From Raja brachyura (Eukaryota): a stretch of 64,000 nt of DNA. The notes under the pieces are model-generated. The model did no database searches. It was not told where the DNA came from and worked only from the letters and a program-made list of their open reading frames with translations. Numbering within the stretch: the first letter of the stretch is position 1; every line of letters starts with the position of its first letter. A program made the translations under genes and the position numbers. Of the stretch, positions 1 to 10,478 are shown piece after piece. The stretch is taken from assembly GCA_963514005.1 (NCBI GenBank), contig OY740806.1, positions 28,458,001 to 28,522,000 of the forward strand. Reading direction: 5' to 3'.

Positions 1-913
1 CACATGTTAACTGCTTTCTCAGAGAATCATAGAAACATTCTGCCAGAAACAGGCCCTAGGTAAATAAGGGTTGGTCTTGGCGTCATGTTCGGCACAGACA
101 TTGTGGGCCGAAGGGCCTGTTCATGTGCTGTACTGGTCTACCTTCTATGTTGAGAAGAGGAAAGAGTTGAAAAGTGCCGAGTCCTGAGGGGGGAATAGTG
201 GGTGCCCATGGGTTATGAACGGGCTCAGTTTTTATAGATCTCCACGTCAGATAATGCACACACAAAAAAAATCACTTGATATGGTAACCATACCTCCATA
301 GTATTGTAATGAATGGTGTTGATGGGCAACAATTAACATGAACATGTCTTCCTCTGCCCAGTTACAGTCAGATGCCCAGGTCAATGGCTGGTTATAATGG
401 ACCTGGAGTATCCATGGATGTTACAATGTTCACCCTACGACTTGCCTCATCCGGACCCATCAAGGTGCCTACCTTCACCAAATTCGCAGATATTTTCCTC
501 AGCTTGGACGCACATAACTTCAATACACTCATGAAACCACTAAAAACTATTTGCAACTATCTAAAATACCTTTGTACATATGAATATCCATTTACATGAG
601 GGCGGACTGCCCAATGAAACTACATTGATAAATGTATGTCCGTAGACCTCCCTCTTGCTGATCGGTGTTACACATCATTCACTTTATCCGCTACAGATTC
701 ACGGGCAACTGAATGATCCCAATTGTCACCTGTCCATTTCCCTCCACAGATACTTCCTGACTCACAGAGTTCCTCCAGCAGGTTTTTATTTTACCCAAGA
801 ATGAAAATATACTGATGCGCATTCTTAAATAATGCATCATTGTGAAAGGATAGGATTAGGTTGCTGGTGATATGGATGCCTAAGAACTTGAAGCAATTAT
901 CAGGTATCATGGA

Positions 914-1277
914 TAAGACACAAAATGCTGGAGTAACTCAGCAGGTCAGGCAGCATCTCTGGGGAAAAGGAACAGGTGACGTTTCGGGTCGAGCCCCTCC
1001 TTCAGACTGAGAATCAGGGGAGAGGGAAACTAGAGGTATGAAATGGAACAGAACAAATCAGAGCAGGCACTGATGACTCGGGATGACTCCATAATGGTCC
1101 ATTGTTGGCTGGTGAAGTGATAACAAATGGAGAAGTCTGTTCGTTATCCTGACTCTCAGTCTGAAGAATGGTTTCAACCCGAAATGTCACCGATTCCTTT
1201 TATCCAGAGATGCTGCCTGACCGGCGAAGTTACTCCAGCTTTTTGTGCTTATCTTCAATGTAAACCAGCATCTGTAC
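914..1277. mobile_element. Penelope-derived short element: two terminal-repeat copies in tail-out inverted arrangement
   Basis: Left arm 914-1010 (gacacaaaatgctggagtaactcagc...ttcagactga) is the approximate reverse complement of right arm 1156-1250. The same repeat terminates the Penelope fragments at 14445-14943 and 54812-55670. Confidence 0.8.
1156..1193 (+). ncRNA. Minimal type I hammerhead ribozyme motif in Penelope terminal repeat
   Basis: tcagt-CTGAAGA(1161-1167)-atggtttcaaccc-GAAA(1181-1184)-tGTC-accga. Core boxes intact; helix I tcagt/accga pairs 4 of 5. Confidence 0.6.
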
Positions 1278-1589
1278 TTGCACAATCCTTCCTGCACATC
1301 AGTTATCAATGCACATTTCAAATGCCTGCAAGTATTTATTTGTCATTGAAGGATTGCTTGAGGCAGAAATATATTATTAGCTCACAGAACATCCAAATGT
1401 AAATATCTACTTTATATCAATATCCATTTTATATGCAAGCGCAGTTATAGTGAAGTATTTAGAAAACTGGTCCTTGACTAATGAGGTGCAATCTTGTTCT
1501 GCAAGCTAATAATATATTTCTGCCTCAAGTAATCTGTCAATGACAAATAAACACCTATAGGCATTTGAAATGTACATTGATAAGTGATA

Positions 1590-1860
1590 ATAACAGCTTC
1601 AAGTTCTTAGGCATCCATATCACCAGCAACCTAACCCGATCCCTTCACAATGATGCAGTGTTTAAGAAAGTGAATCGGCGTATTTAAAAAATAACCTGCT
1701 GGAGGAACTCAGCGAGTCAGGTAGTATCTGTGGAGGGAAAAGGACAGATGACGTTTCAGATCGTGCCATTCTTCACGACTTTACCTTTCTTGACCATGAG
1801 GATTCCATCATGCATCTACAGATATGAGATAAAGAGTATTCAATGCATCTCAGCCTGGTA
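1590..1860 (+). mobile_element. Old Rex1/Babar LINE fragment, 5' part (host of the younger Rex insertion)
   Basis: Decayed RT C-terminal coding (SFKFLGIHITSNLT). It breaks at cagcctggta and resumes at ~5013 (tgacaactcc). It also contains a Penelope-repeat fragment at ~1690-1778. Confidence 0.65.
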
Positions 1861-2026
1861 TTCAATTCAATTCAATTCAAGTTTAATGTCATTGCACAAA
1901 TACAAGTATAGGTACAACGAAATGCAGTTTAGCGTCGTTCCTAGTGATAGCGATATAGAAAAATAAATACAGAGTGCAGTGGTAGCAATATGGAAAATAA
2001 ATAAATACAGGGTACAGACAAATCTA

Positions 2027-5012
2027 TCAGCTGGGCTCCGAGTTCAGCAGTCGGATGGTGTAGTTGAAGAAGCTGTTCTTCGTCCTACTGGTGCGGGACC
2101 TGAGGCTCCTGTACCGCCTCCCTGATGGGAGGAGGGCAAACAGTCCATGATTAGGGTGTGAGGGGTCCTTGATGATCTTCCCGGCCCGCTTCAGGCACCG
2201 TTTTCGGTGGAGGGCATCCAAGGCAGGGAGCGGGGCACCGATGATGTACTGGGCGGTTTTCACCACCCGTTGTAGTGCCTTCCTGTCTGCCACGGTGCAA
2301 CTGCTGTACCATACCGTAAAGCAGGTGGTCAGGATGCTTTCGATGGTGCAGCGGTAGAAGTTCGTCAGGATCTGGGGGGACAGGTGGGCTTTTTTGAGCC
2401 TCCTCAGAAAGTAAAGGCGCTGCTGTGCCTTTTTGATTAGCTTTGAGGTGTTGAGGGACCAGGACAGATCCTCCGAGATGTGTACCCCGAGGAATTTGTA
2501 GTTGGAGACCCGCTCCACCTCAGTCCCGTTTATATGGATGGGGGTGTGTCTGCCCCCTCTGTTCTTCCGAAAGTCAACAATTATTTCCTTCGTCTTCTGG
2601 GAGTTGAGGACGAGGTTATTGTTGGCACACCAGGTAGTCAGGTGCTGGACCTCCTCCCTGTAGGCTGATTCGTCATTATCACTGATCAGTCCTACCACCG
2701 TGGTGTCATCGGCAAATTTTATGACGGCGTTGGAGCCATACTTGGGGATGCAGTCATGCGTGAAGAGGGAGTAGAGGAGAGGGCTGAGCACACAGCCCTG
2801 TGGCACGCCGGTGTTCAGTGTTATAGTGGAGGAGGTGAGGTTGTTGACCCTAACAGACTGTGGTCTGTTAGTGAGGAAATCCAGTGTCCAATTGCAGAGG
2901 CAGGTGGAGATGCCAAGACCGCTGAGTTTGGTGATCAAGCTAGCGGGTATGACAGTGTTAAAGGCAGAGCTGAAGTCAATAAACAGCAGCCTGATGTAGG
3001 TGTTGTTGCTGTCCAGGTGGGTCAGGGCAGAGTGTAGGGCCGTCGATATGGCGTCCTCTGTAGACCTGTTTGACCGGTAGGCAAATTGGTGGTAGTCCAG
3101 TGTGGGGGGGAGGCTGGCTTTGAGGTGAGCCAGGATCAGCCGCTCAAAGCACTTAGCGATGACAGGGGTGAGTGCCACTGGCCGGTAGTCGTTGAGACTC
3201 CCTGTCGCTGATTGTTTGGGCACTGGCACAATGGTAAATGTCTTGAGGCAAGTGGGGACGACACCCTGGGCCAGTGACAGATTGAAAATGTCAGTGAGGA
3301 CCAGGGATAGTTGTCCGGCACATGCCCTGAGCACCCGCCCGGGGATGCCATCGGGGCCGGCAGCTTTGTGCTCATTCACCTTGCTCAGTGCGTCTTGTAC
3401 AGCAGAGGTGGAGAGACTGAGGGGTTGTTCATTCGGGGGTGGAGCAACTTTGATGGCGGGAGTTTTGTTGTCCCGGTCAAAGCGAGCATAGAAGTGGTTT
3501 AGCTCATTAGGAAGGGAGGCGTTGTCCGGGGGGGGGGGGGTGTTGATTTTATGGTAGTCGGCAATGGACTTAATTCCTTGCCACATGCGCCTGGGGTCGG
3601 AGTTGTTTCGGAAATGCTCCTCAATCCGCTGTTTGTGATTGAGTTTAGCATTCCTAATTCCCTTTTTCAGATTGGCCCTGGATGAGCTGTATCCCTCAGC
3701 GTCGCCAGATTTAAAAGCGGCGTCTCGAGCCTTCAGCAGGAGTCTGACCTCCCTGCTCATCCACGGCTTCTGATTAGGGAAGGTCTTTATCACTTTATGG
3801 GTGGTGACGTTATCAGTGCAGAATTTTATGTAGTCCAGAACAGTTGAGGTGTATGAATTTATGTCCACTTGGGAGTTAAAGGTGGCCTGGGTGGCAAACA
3901 GACTCCAGTCTGTTTGCTGAAACTGTTCCTGTAAGACAGAGACAGCCCCCTCAGGCCAGACCTTCACTGTCCTCGCGGTAGGTTTCACACGTCTGATCAG
4001 AGGTGTGTATTTGGGGAGCAGGAACAAAGAGAGGTGATCAGACTGTCCCAGGTGGGGGAGGGGAAGGGCTTTGTATGCTTCAGTAATATTAGTATATACT
4101 AGGTCCAAAATATTGTTACGTCTGGTTGGGCAGGAGACAGGATTTGAGTATAGGAGCAGGGAGGTTCTACTGCAGTTGTACAGGGTTTTGGTGAGGCCAC
4201 ACCTGGAGTACTGCGTACAGTTTTGGTCTCCAAATCTGAGGAAAGACATCCTTGCCATGGAGGGGGTACAGAGAAGATTCACCAGACTGATTCCTGGGAT
4301 GTCAGGACTTTCATATGAGGAAAGATTGGATAGACTCGGTTTGTACTCGATGGAATTTAGAAGATTGAGGGGGGATCTTATAGAAACCTACAAAATTCTT
4401 AAGGGGTTGGACAAGCTAGATGCTGGAAGATTGTTCCCGATGTTGGGGGAGTCCAGAACAAGGGGTCACAGTCTAAGGATAAGGGGGAATTCCTTTAGGA
4501 CCGAAATGAGGAAAACATTCTTTACACAGAGAGTGGTGAGTCTCTGGAATTCTCTGCCACAGAAGGTAGTTGAGGCCAGTTCATTGGCTATATTTAAGAG
4601 GGCGTTAGATGTGGCACTTGTGGCTAAAGGGATCAGGGGGTATGGAGAGAAGGCAGGTACGGGATACTGAGTTGGATGATCAGCCATGATCACATTGAAT
4701 GGCGGTGCAGGCTCGAAGGGCCGAATGGCCTACTCCTGCACCTATTTTCTATGTTTCTATGTTGGTGGAATCTGGGGAGCACAGTTTTTAGGTTGGAGTG
4801 GTTAAAATCGCCAGCAACAATAAAAGCCCCCTCTGGGTGGGCAGTTAGTTGTTTGCTGATAGCAGCTTGCAGCTCTTCCATTGCAAGCCTGGCATTAGCG
4901 TCCGGGGGTACATAGACTGCAGTGATGACAGTCGATGTGAATTCCCTGGGCAGATAGAAGGGCCTGCACTTTAACATCAGGTATTCTAGGTCAGCAGAGC
5001 AGTGGCTACCTG
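2027..5012 (-). pseudogene. Rex1/Babar APE endonuclease-reverse transcriptase ORF (4760-5012 joined to 2027-4139), disrupted by CR1 and 5'-truncated
   Basis: Removing 4140-4759 joins LPRFHQH to VSCPTRRNN in frame. No stops are visible in the retained portion. Confidence 0.9.
4140..4759 (+). mobile_element. CR1-clade LINE 3' end (5'-truncated, young)
   Basis: ORF reads LVRPHLEYCVQFWSP...RRLRGDLIETYKI...TRGHSL, typical of the CR1 ORF2 C-terminus. Ends in a (TTTCTATG)n tail. Confidence 0.95.
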
Positions 5013-5460
5013 TATGACAACTCCTCTGCTCTTGACCACCTGAACCTGCAGAGTGGTGAACATAGCCCAGTCCATCACAGGCTCATCACTTCCTTTCATC
5101 CAGTCCATTTTCTTGGTGCAAGTATCATCAAGGATGCCTGCCACCCTGGCCATTCCCTTTTCCCACTTCTACCTTATTGGAGAGGATACAGGAGCTTGAA
5201 AGCCCAGACATTTAGACTTAAGAACAACTTCTTTCCAACCTATCACCTCTCTCTGAGATGCTGTCACATACACTTACTATTAACAGTACTGCAATCAGTT
5301 ATTCTGTTATTGCATTTTTTTATACAACCATGCACCATTAAACTGCTGCTTTTCACATGTCATTATATTGTATCTATACCGTTTATTCTGTAAGCCTTGG
5401 GCGCATGAGGAATATCATTGCTTCCTGGTGCATATGACACCAAACTAAAGCTGAATTACT
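5013..5460 (+). mobile_element. Old Rex1/Babar LINE fragment, 3' part
   Basis: Decayed LQRVVNIAQSITG / IIKDACHPGHSLF / FRLKNNFFPT coding followed by 3'UTR. Confidence 0.7.
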
Positions 5461-5684
5461 AAGAAATACAAATGACGAGGGAAGCAATTGTGATGTGCAT
5501 TTGGGGCACATTGGAGTAGAGAACAGTGAGAGCAGATTATATAGTCCTTCAAACTTGCTGGGTAACTCAATACCCAGCACGATGGCTAATCATCCCAGAA
5601 GGAACAGGAACTAGATTAGGTCACTCAGCGCAGGAGCAATGCGTGATTCCATAATGTACAAGGTCCACCTTACCTTATAAGGAC

Positions 5685-5995
5685 ATAGAATAAGGTTATT
5701 TGGCCCATCTGGTCCATGCTGGGTTCAAGGCAAGCAATTTTATTCATCCCAAGACCCTCCTTTTTTCCCTGTGCCGTATTCCAATAAATGCCCATCAACT
5801 TCCCTCTGATTCTTTTTGGCCATTAATCTACACAAAGGGTTAATTTACAGTGGACAATTCACCACCGATACATTTTCAGGATATGGATGGGAACCAGAGC
5901 AACCAAAGGAAACCCAAGCATCAAGAACAAAACTCGTAAAATTGCAGCAGAGAGCACTGAAGGCTCGGATCGAACCTAAGTGTGCGGGCCTGCGG
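5685..5995 (-). mobile_element. Decayed HE1/V-SINE
   Basis: Reverse-complement similarity to the HE1 copies at 17787 and 35577. Confidence 0.5.
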
Positions 5996-6999
5996 GGTGA
6001 TGGATTTACAAAGTGGCAATTCATGTCTATGATATAATGTAAAAGAGAAACAGCTGGTGGATTTCTTTCAAAGGATAAGTTTCTCCTCAAAGGTTAAATC
6101 ACAGATTTGAGATTTTTTTTTGCTCCACTATAATACAAAATCAAAATACCACACAAGATAACAAGTAAGGAGGGCAAAATTGAAAGCGTTGTGTAGGACA
6201 GATGTTGCGCACATACACTCACTCTGGCGATGTATGCCTGGAACACATTGTCATGGATGGTGGTGGGCGCAGATATGATAGCGGCATTTAGTAGGTGTTT
6301 GGATAGGCACATTAATATGCAGGATATGGATCATGTGCAGTCAGAGGAGATTAAGTTAAATTTGGAATCATGTTCTGCACTGCATTATGGGCAGAAGAGC
6401 CTGGTCCTGTGCTGTACTGTTTTATTACTAAAGCAAAAAACACTGGAGATGTACAACAGCCCAGTGGAGGAAGATGAGAGTTAACGTTCCAGGGACAAAT
6501 GGATGAACTGTGATCCTCTCTCCACAGCTGCTGCCTGACCTATTTTTATTTTCGTTCTCTGTTGACGTATAGCGAGTCTTAGCACAGCTCGTTAATCAGG
6601 TACCCTAGATCCTACAGCAATTAACTGCCTCAGCACTAACATCGTGACATTTATCTTCTCTGATATATAAAGATAAATCCAACCTACCTTTTTCAGGTCA
6701 GTTAAGTGAGACAATTGGATTGCACGCCGTGAACTTATCTTCAAGCCAGAAGAATTGTTCAGGAACAACAGGGCATTTAACCTCAAATCCAAAAAGAAAC
6801 AGCAGCCAGGATTTCCATCAGATTTTCCCATTTTCATGCTGATTCGATTCTGCAGGATATTGAGAGGGTGCAGTTGAAAAATCAGAACATCATCAGTCCC
6901 ATTTTTATACACTTCTTTTTTTTTTTGTGCCCCAAAATTCTGGGAGAAAATGAGCTGCCTTGACTCCGATTCAGACTGCAGAAATTAAGCACAGCCTTA

Positions 7000-7225
7000 G
7001 TGGCCTGTCCCACTTTCACGACCTAATTCACAACCTTTTTTACTCGTGGACATTTTTCATCGTGTTGAAAAACGTCCCGACCTACTTAATCCCACGAGTA
7101 CCTACGACTAGCATCACGACCTGCTATGACCTACCTACGACCTTGTGACGACCATGCTGCGAGTATGAGAAAAGGGCAAACTCTGCAGCAGTCGTGAATT
7201 AGGTCGAGAAGGTGGGATAGGCCCT
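7000..7225. mobile_element. PIF/Harbinger-like MITE
   Basis: TIRs ggcctgtcccactttcacgacctaattc / gaattaggtcgagaaggtgggataggccc. TTA on both flanks (6997-6999, 7226-7228). Internal acgacc repeats. Confidence 0.75.
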
Positions 7226-7751
7226 TTACCTGATACAACAACCAATCAATCAGTGGGAGTAAAATGCCGACGCAAGGAATTGGAGATGCTGGTTTACAAA
7301 TATAGACACTAAGTCAAACAGGGATTTATTTAAGATAGTTAATCTTTCACTGATCACTGCCTTAGTAGCAGCAGAACCCATCAGGAGTGAGTTAATCCTC
7401 ATTATAAACACTTTCACCTGCAGTATTGTGTGGATCATTAAAAGTTAACTGCTTCTGTTTCAAGCTCAGAATTTTGTTCAGAATCTAGAAAGTTGGGTTA
7501 AGAAGATTATTCACATTTTGAACCTTCGAATTATGCTGCAAGTACCTCTCATAGACCTTTTACAACAAAGTTCTCCTTGGATTATGATGTGACATTAAAG
7601 GAGCCTTAACTTCTACCTCTGTGTTAATATAAAGCTTCTTTTTTGCATTACAAAGTAACAGTTGTATTTATAAATCCTCTATCACAAGCTCAGTGCATGC
7701 CAAGGATTACCGGCCAAGTAATACATGAAATGACAGAGCCAATCAGCAGAG

Positions 7752-8000
7752 AAACAGAAGATGGACACAAAATGTTGGAGTAACTCAGAAGGTCAGGCAG
7801 CATCTCTGGAGAAAGATAATAGATGACGTTTCAAGTCGAGACCCTTTTGCGGACTGCGAAACTCTCAATCTGAAGAAAGGGTCTCAACCCGAAACGTCAC
7901 CTATTCCTTCTCTCCAGAGATGCTGCCTGGTCCGCTGAGTTGCTCCAGCATTTTGTGTCAATTTTCGGTGTAAACCAGCATCTGCCGTTCCTTTCAACAC
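7752..8000. mobile_element. Penelope-derived inverted pair of terminal repeats
   Basis: Arms ~7763-7856 and ~7866-7960 are approximate reverse complements. Confidence 0.8.
7866..7903 (+). ncRNA. Minimal hammerhead ribozyme motif (best-preserved core)
   Basis: CTGAAGA(7870-7876)-aa-gggt-ctca-accc-GAAA(7891-7894)-CGTC(7895-7898). Palindromic ACGT helix III; helix I is weak in this copy. Confidence 0.6.
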
Positions 8001-8095
8001 AGCACAGAAACAGACCCTTGCCAACAAAGTTGCTTAACTCAGCTAATCCCACTTGCTGGCACTTGATCCACATCCCTTCAAACATTTCCTATATA

Positions 8096-9708
8096 CAGTG
8101 GCTTGCAAAAGTTTTCATACCCCTTAAACTTTTCCACATTTTGTCACGTTACAACCACAAACGTAAATGTATTTTATTGGGATTTTATGTGACAGACCAA
8201 CACAAAGTGGTGCATAATTGTGAAATGGAAGGAAAATAATACATGGTTTCCAAATTTTATTACAAATAAAAAACTGAAAAGTGTGGCGTGCAAAAGTATT
8301 CCACCCCCCTGATTCAATACTTTGTAGAACCACCTTTCGCTGCAATTACAGCTGCAAGTCTTTTGGGGTATGTCTCTACCAGCTTTGCACATCTAGAGAC
8401 AGAAATTTCTGCCCATTCTTCTTCGCAAAATAGCTCAAGCTCAGTCAGATTGGATGGAGAGCCTGTGAACAGCAATTTTCAAGTCTTGCCAGAGATTCTC
8501 AATTGGAGTTAGGTCTGGACTCTGACTGGGCCATTCTAACACATGAATATGCTTTGATCTAAGCCATTCCATTGTAGCTCTGGCTGTATGTTTAGGGTCG
8601 TTGTCCTGCTGGAAGGTGAACCTCCGCCCCAGTCTCAAGCCTTTTGCAGACTCTAACAGGTTTTCTTCCAAGATTGCCCTGTATTTGGCTCCATCCATCT
8701 TCCCATCAACTCTGACCAGCTTCCCTGTCCCTGCTGAAGAAAAGCATCCCCACAGCATGATGCTGCCACCACGTTTCACAGTGAGGATGGTGTGTTCAGG
8801 GTGATGTGCAGTGTTAGTTTTCCGCCACACATAACGTTTTGCATTTAGACCAAAAACTTCAATTTTGGTCTCATCAGACCAGAGCACCTTCCTCCACATG
8901 TTTGCTGTGTCCCCCACATGGCTTGTGGCAAACTGCAAACGGGACTTCTTATGGCTTTGTTTCAACAATGGCTTTTTTCTTGCCACTCTTCCATAAAGGC
9001 CCGATTTGTGGAGTGCACGACTAATAGTTGTCCTGTGGACAGATTCTCCCACCTGAGCTGTGGATCTCTGCAGCTCCTCCAGAGTTACCATGGGCCTCTT
9101 GGCTGCTTCTCTGATCAATGCTCTCCTTGCCCAGCCTGTCAGTTTAGGTGGACGGTCATGTCTTGGTAGGTTTGCAGTTGTGCCATACTCTTTCCATTTT
9201 CGGATGATGGATTGAATAGTGTTCCGTGAGATGTTCAAAGCTTGGGATACTTTTTTTATAACCTAACCCTGCTTTAAACTTCTCCACAACTTTATCCCTG
9301 ACCTGTCTGGTGTGTTCCTTGGGCTTCATGATGCCGTTTATTCACTAATGTTCACTAACAAACCTCTGAGGCCTTCACAGAACAGCTGTATTTATACTGA
9401 GATTAGATTACACACAAGTGGACTCTATTTACTAATTAGGTGACTTCTGAAGGCAATTGATTGCACTGGATTTTATTTAGGGGTATCAGAGTAAAGGGGG
9501 CTGAATACTTTTGCACACCACACTTTTCAGTTTTTTATTTGTAAAAAAATTTGAAAACCATGTATCATTTTCCTTCCACTTCACAATTATGCGCCACTTT
9601 GTGTTGGTCTATCACATAAAATCCCAATAAAATACATTTACGTTTGTGGTTGTAACGTGACAAAATGTGGAAAAGTTCAAGGGGTATGAAAACCTTTGCA
9701 AGCCACTG
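8096..9708 (-). mobile_element. Full-length Tc1 (IR/DR-type) DNA transposon
   Basis: ~215-bp TIRs starting CAGTGGCTTGCAAA. TA target duplication (8094-8095, 9709-9710). Inner direct repeat caaaagtattc. Inserted into a CR1 3' remnant. Confidence 0.97.
8314..9329 (-). pseudogene. Tc1 DD34E transposase, frameshifted
   Basis: MKPKEHTRQ start at 9329; WSDETK, QQDNDPKH, SPDLTPIE with 34 residues between D and E. Frameshifts near 9250 and 8460; stop at 8314-8316. Confidence 0.93.
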
Positions 9709-10199
9709 TATATCATCTTTTAAATGCCATAATTGTACCCGCCTCTCCCATTTCCAGTGGCATCTCGTTCCACATACCCATCACCCTCAATTTCTCACCT
9801 GTGTGAAAGATTTGACCCTCAGGTTCCTTTTGAAACTTCCCCACTCACCGTAAACCTATGCCCTTTAAAGTCATAGTCATACTTTCAATGTGCAGGTATG
9901 GTTGTAATGTAGTAAATGCAGTAGTAGATGTGTGCACTGCAAGCTTCCATGAGCAGTGATGGTGATTCGGTACTTTTTGTAGTTAATGTGATGGTGAATA
10001 TTGGCCAGGATATTGGAGATAAGTAAAATTAATATCCTTCAGAAGCACTAATAATGCCTCTCCAAATCATCATCCAAAAGACATCACTTGTGGTACTCCT
10101 TTACATGAAGCTTTGATTTTTTTTCCATTAAAGTTCCAGGAGCAGAATATGAATGTTACTCATTCTGCCACAGTAATGAAGATGCAACACAGTAATCAG

Positions 10200-10478
10200 C
10201 AGGTCTAATCAAGTTAGGGGAATGGATAAAGTGAACGCTCAGAGTCTTTTTCCCAGGGTAGAGGATTCCAAAATTAGAAGCCATAGGTTTAAGGTGAGAG
10301 GGGGGATATTTAAGAAGGAGCTCAGGGGCAGCTTTTTCATTCAGCGGGTAAGTCCAAGTAGTTTTTAAATGTTGTTATAGTACCTTCCTCAACTACTGCC
10401 TCTGGCATCGCATTCCATATACCCACCGCCCTCTGTGTGAAAATGTTGCCTTTGAGCTCCCTCTTAAATATCTCCTCT
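10200..10478. mobile_element. CR1 3' remnants in opposite orientations (plus 10200-10345, minus 10350-10478, the latter resuming after 11556)
   Basis: Decayed SLFPRVEDSKIRSHRFKVRG (plus) and FTQRAVGIWNAMPE (minus) coding. Confidence 0.65.

Larger units (their letters stand above)
1860..5013 (-). mobile_element. Young 5'-truncated Rex1/Babar non-LTR retrotransposon, interrupted by CR1
   Basis: (TTGAA)n tail at 1860-1880 on the minus strand, 3'UTR, and an APE-RT ORF with GDFN, SDH, QFAYR, GVPQGCVLSP, KFADD and FLG motifs. Confidence 0.95.

Noticed and set aside
190-720. Unique-looking stretch with a 75-aa ORF (372-599)
   Set aside because: No recognisable motif or clear boundaries; cannot be assigned from sequence alone.
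2027-4282. 751-aa ORF as an intact gene
   Set aside because: The first ~48 residues are antisense CR1 sequence. The true Rex ORF is split and 5'-truncated.
4071-4670. 199-aa plus-strand ORF as a gene
   Set aside because: It is the CR1 ORF2 C-terminus read through from antisense Rex sequence.
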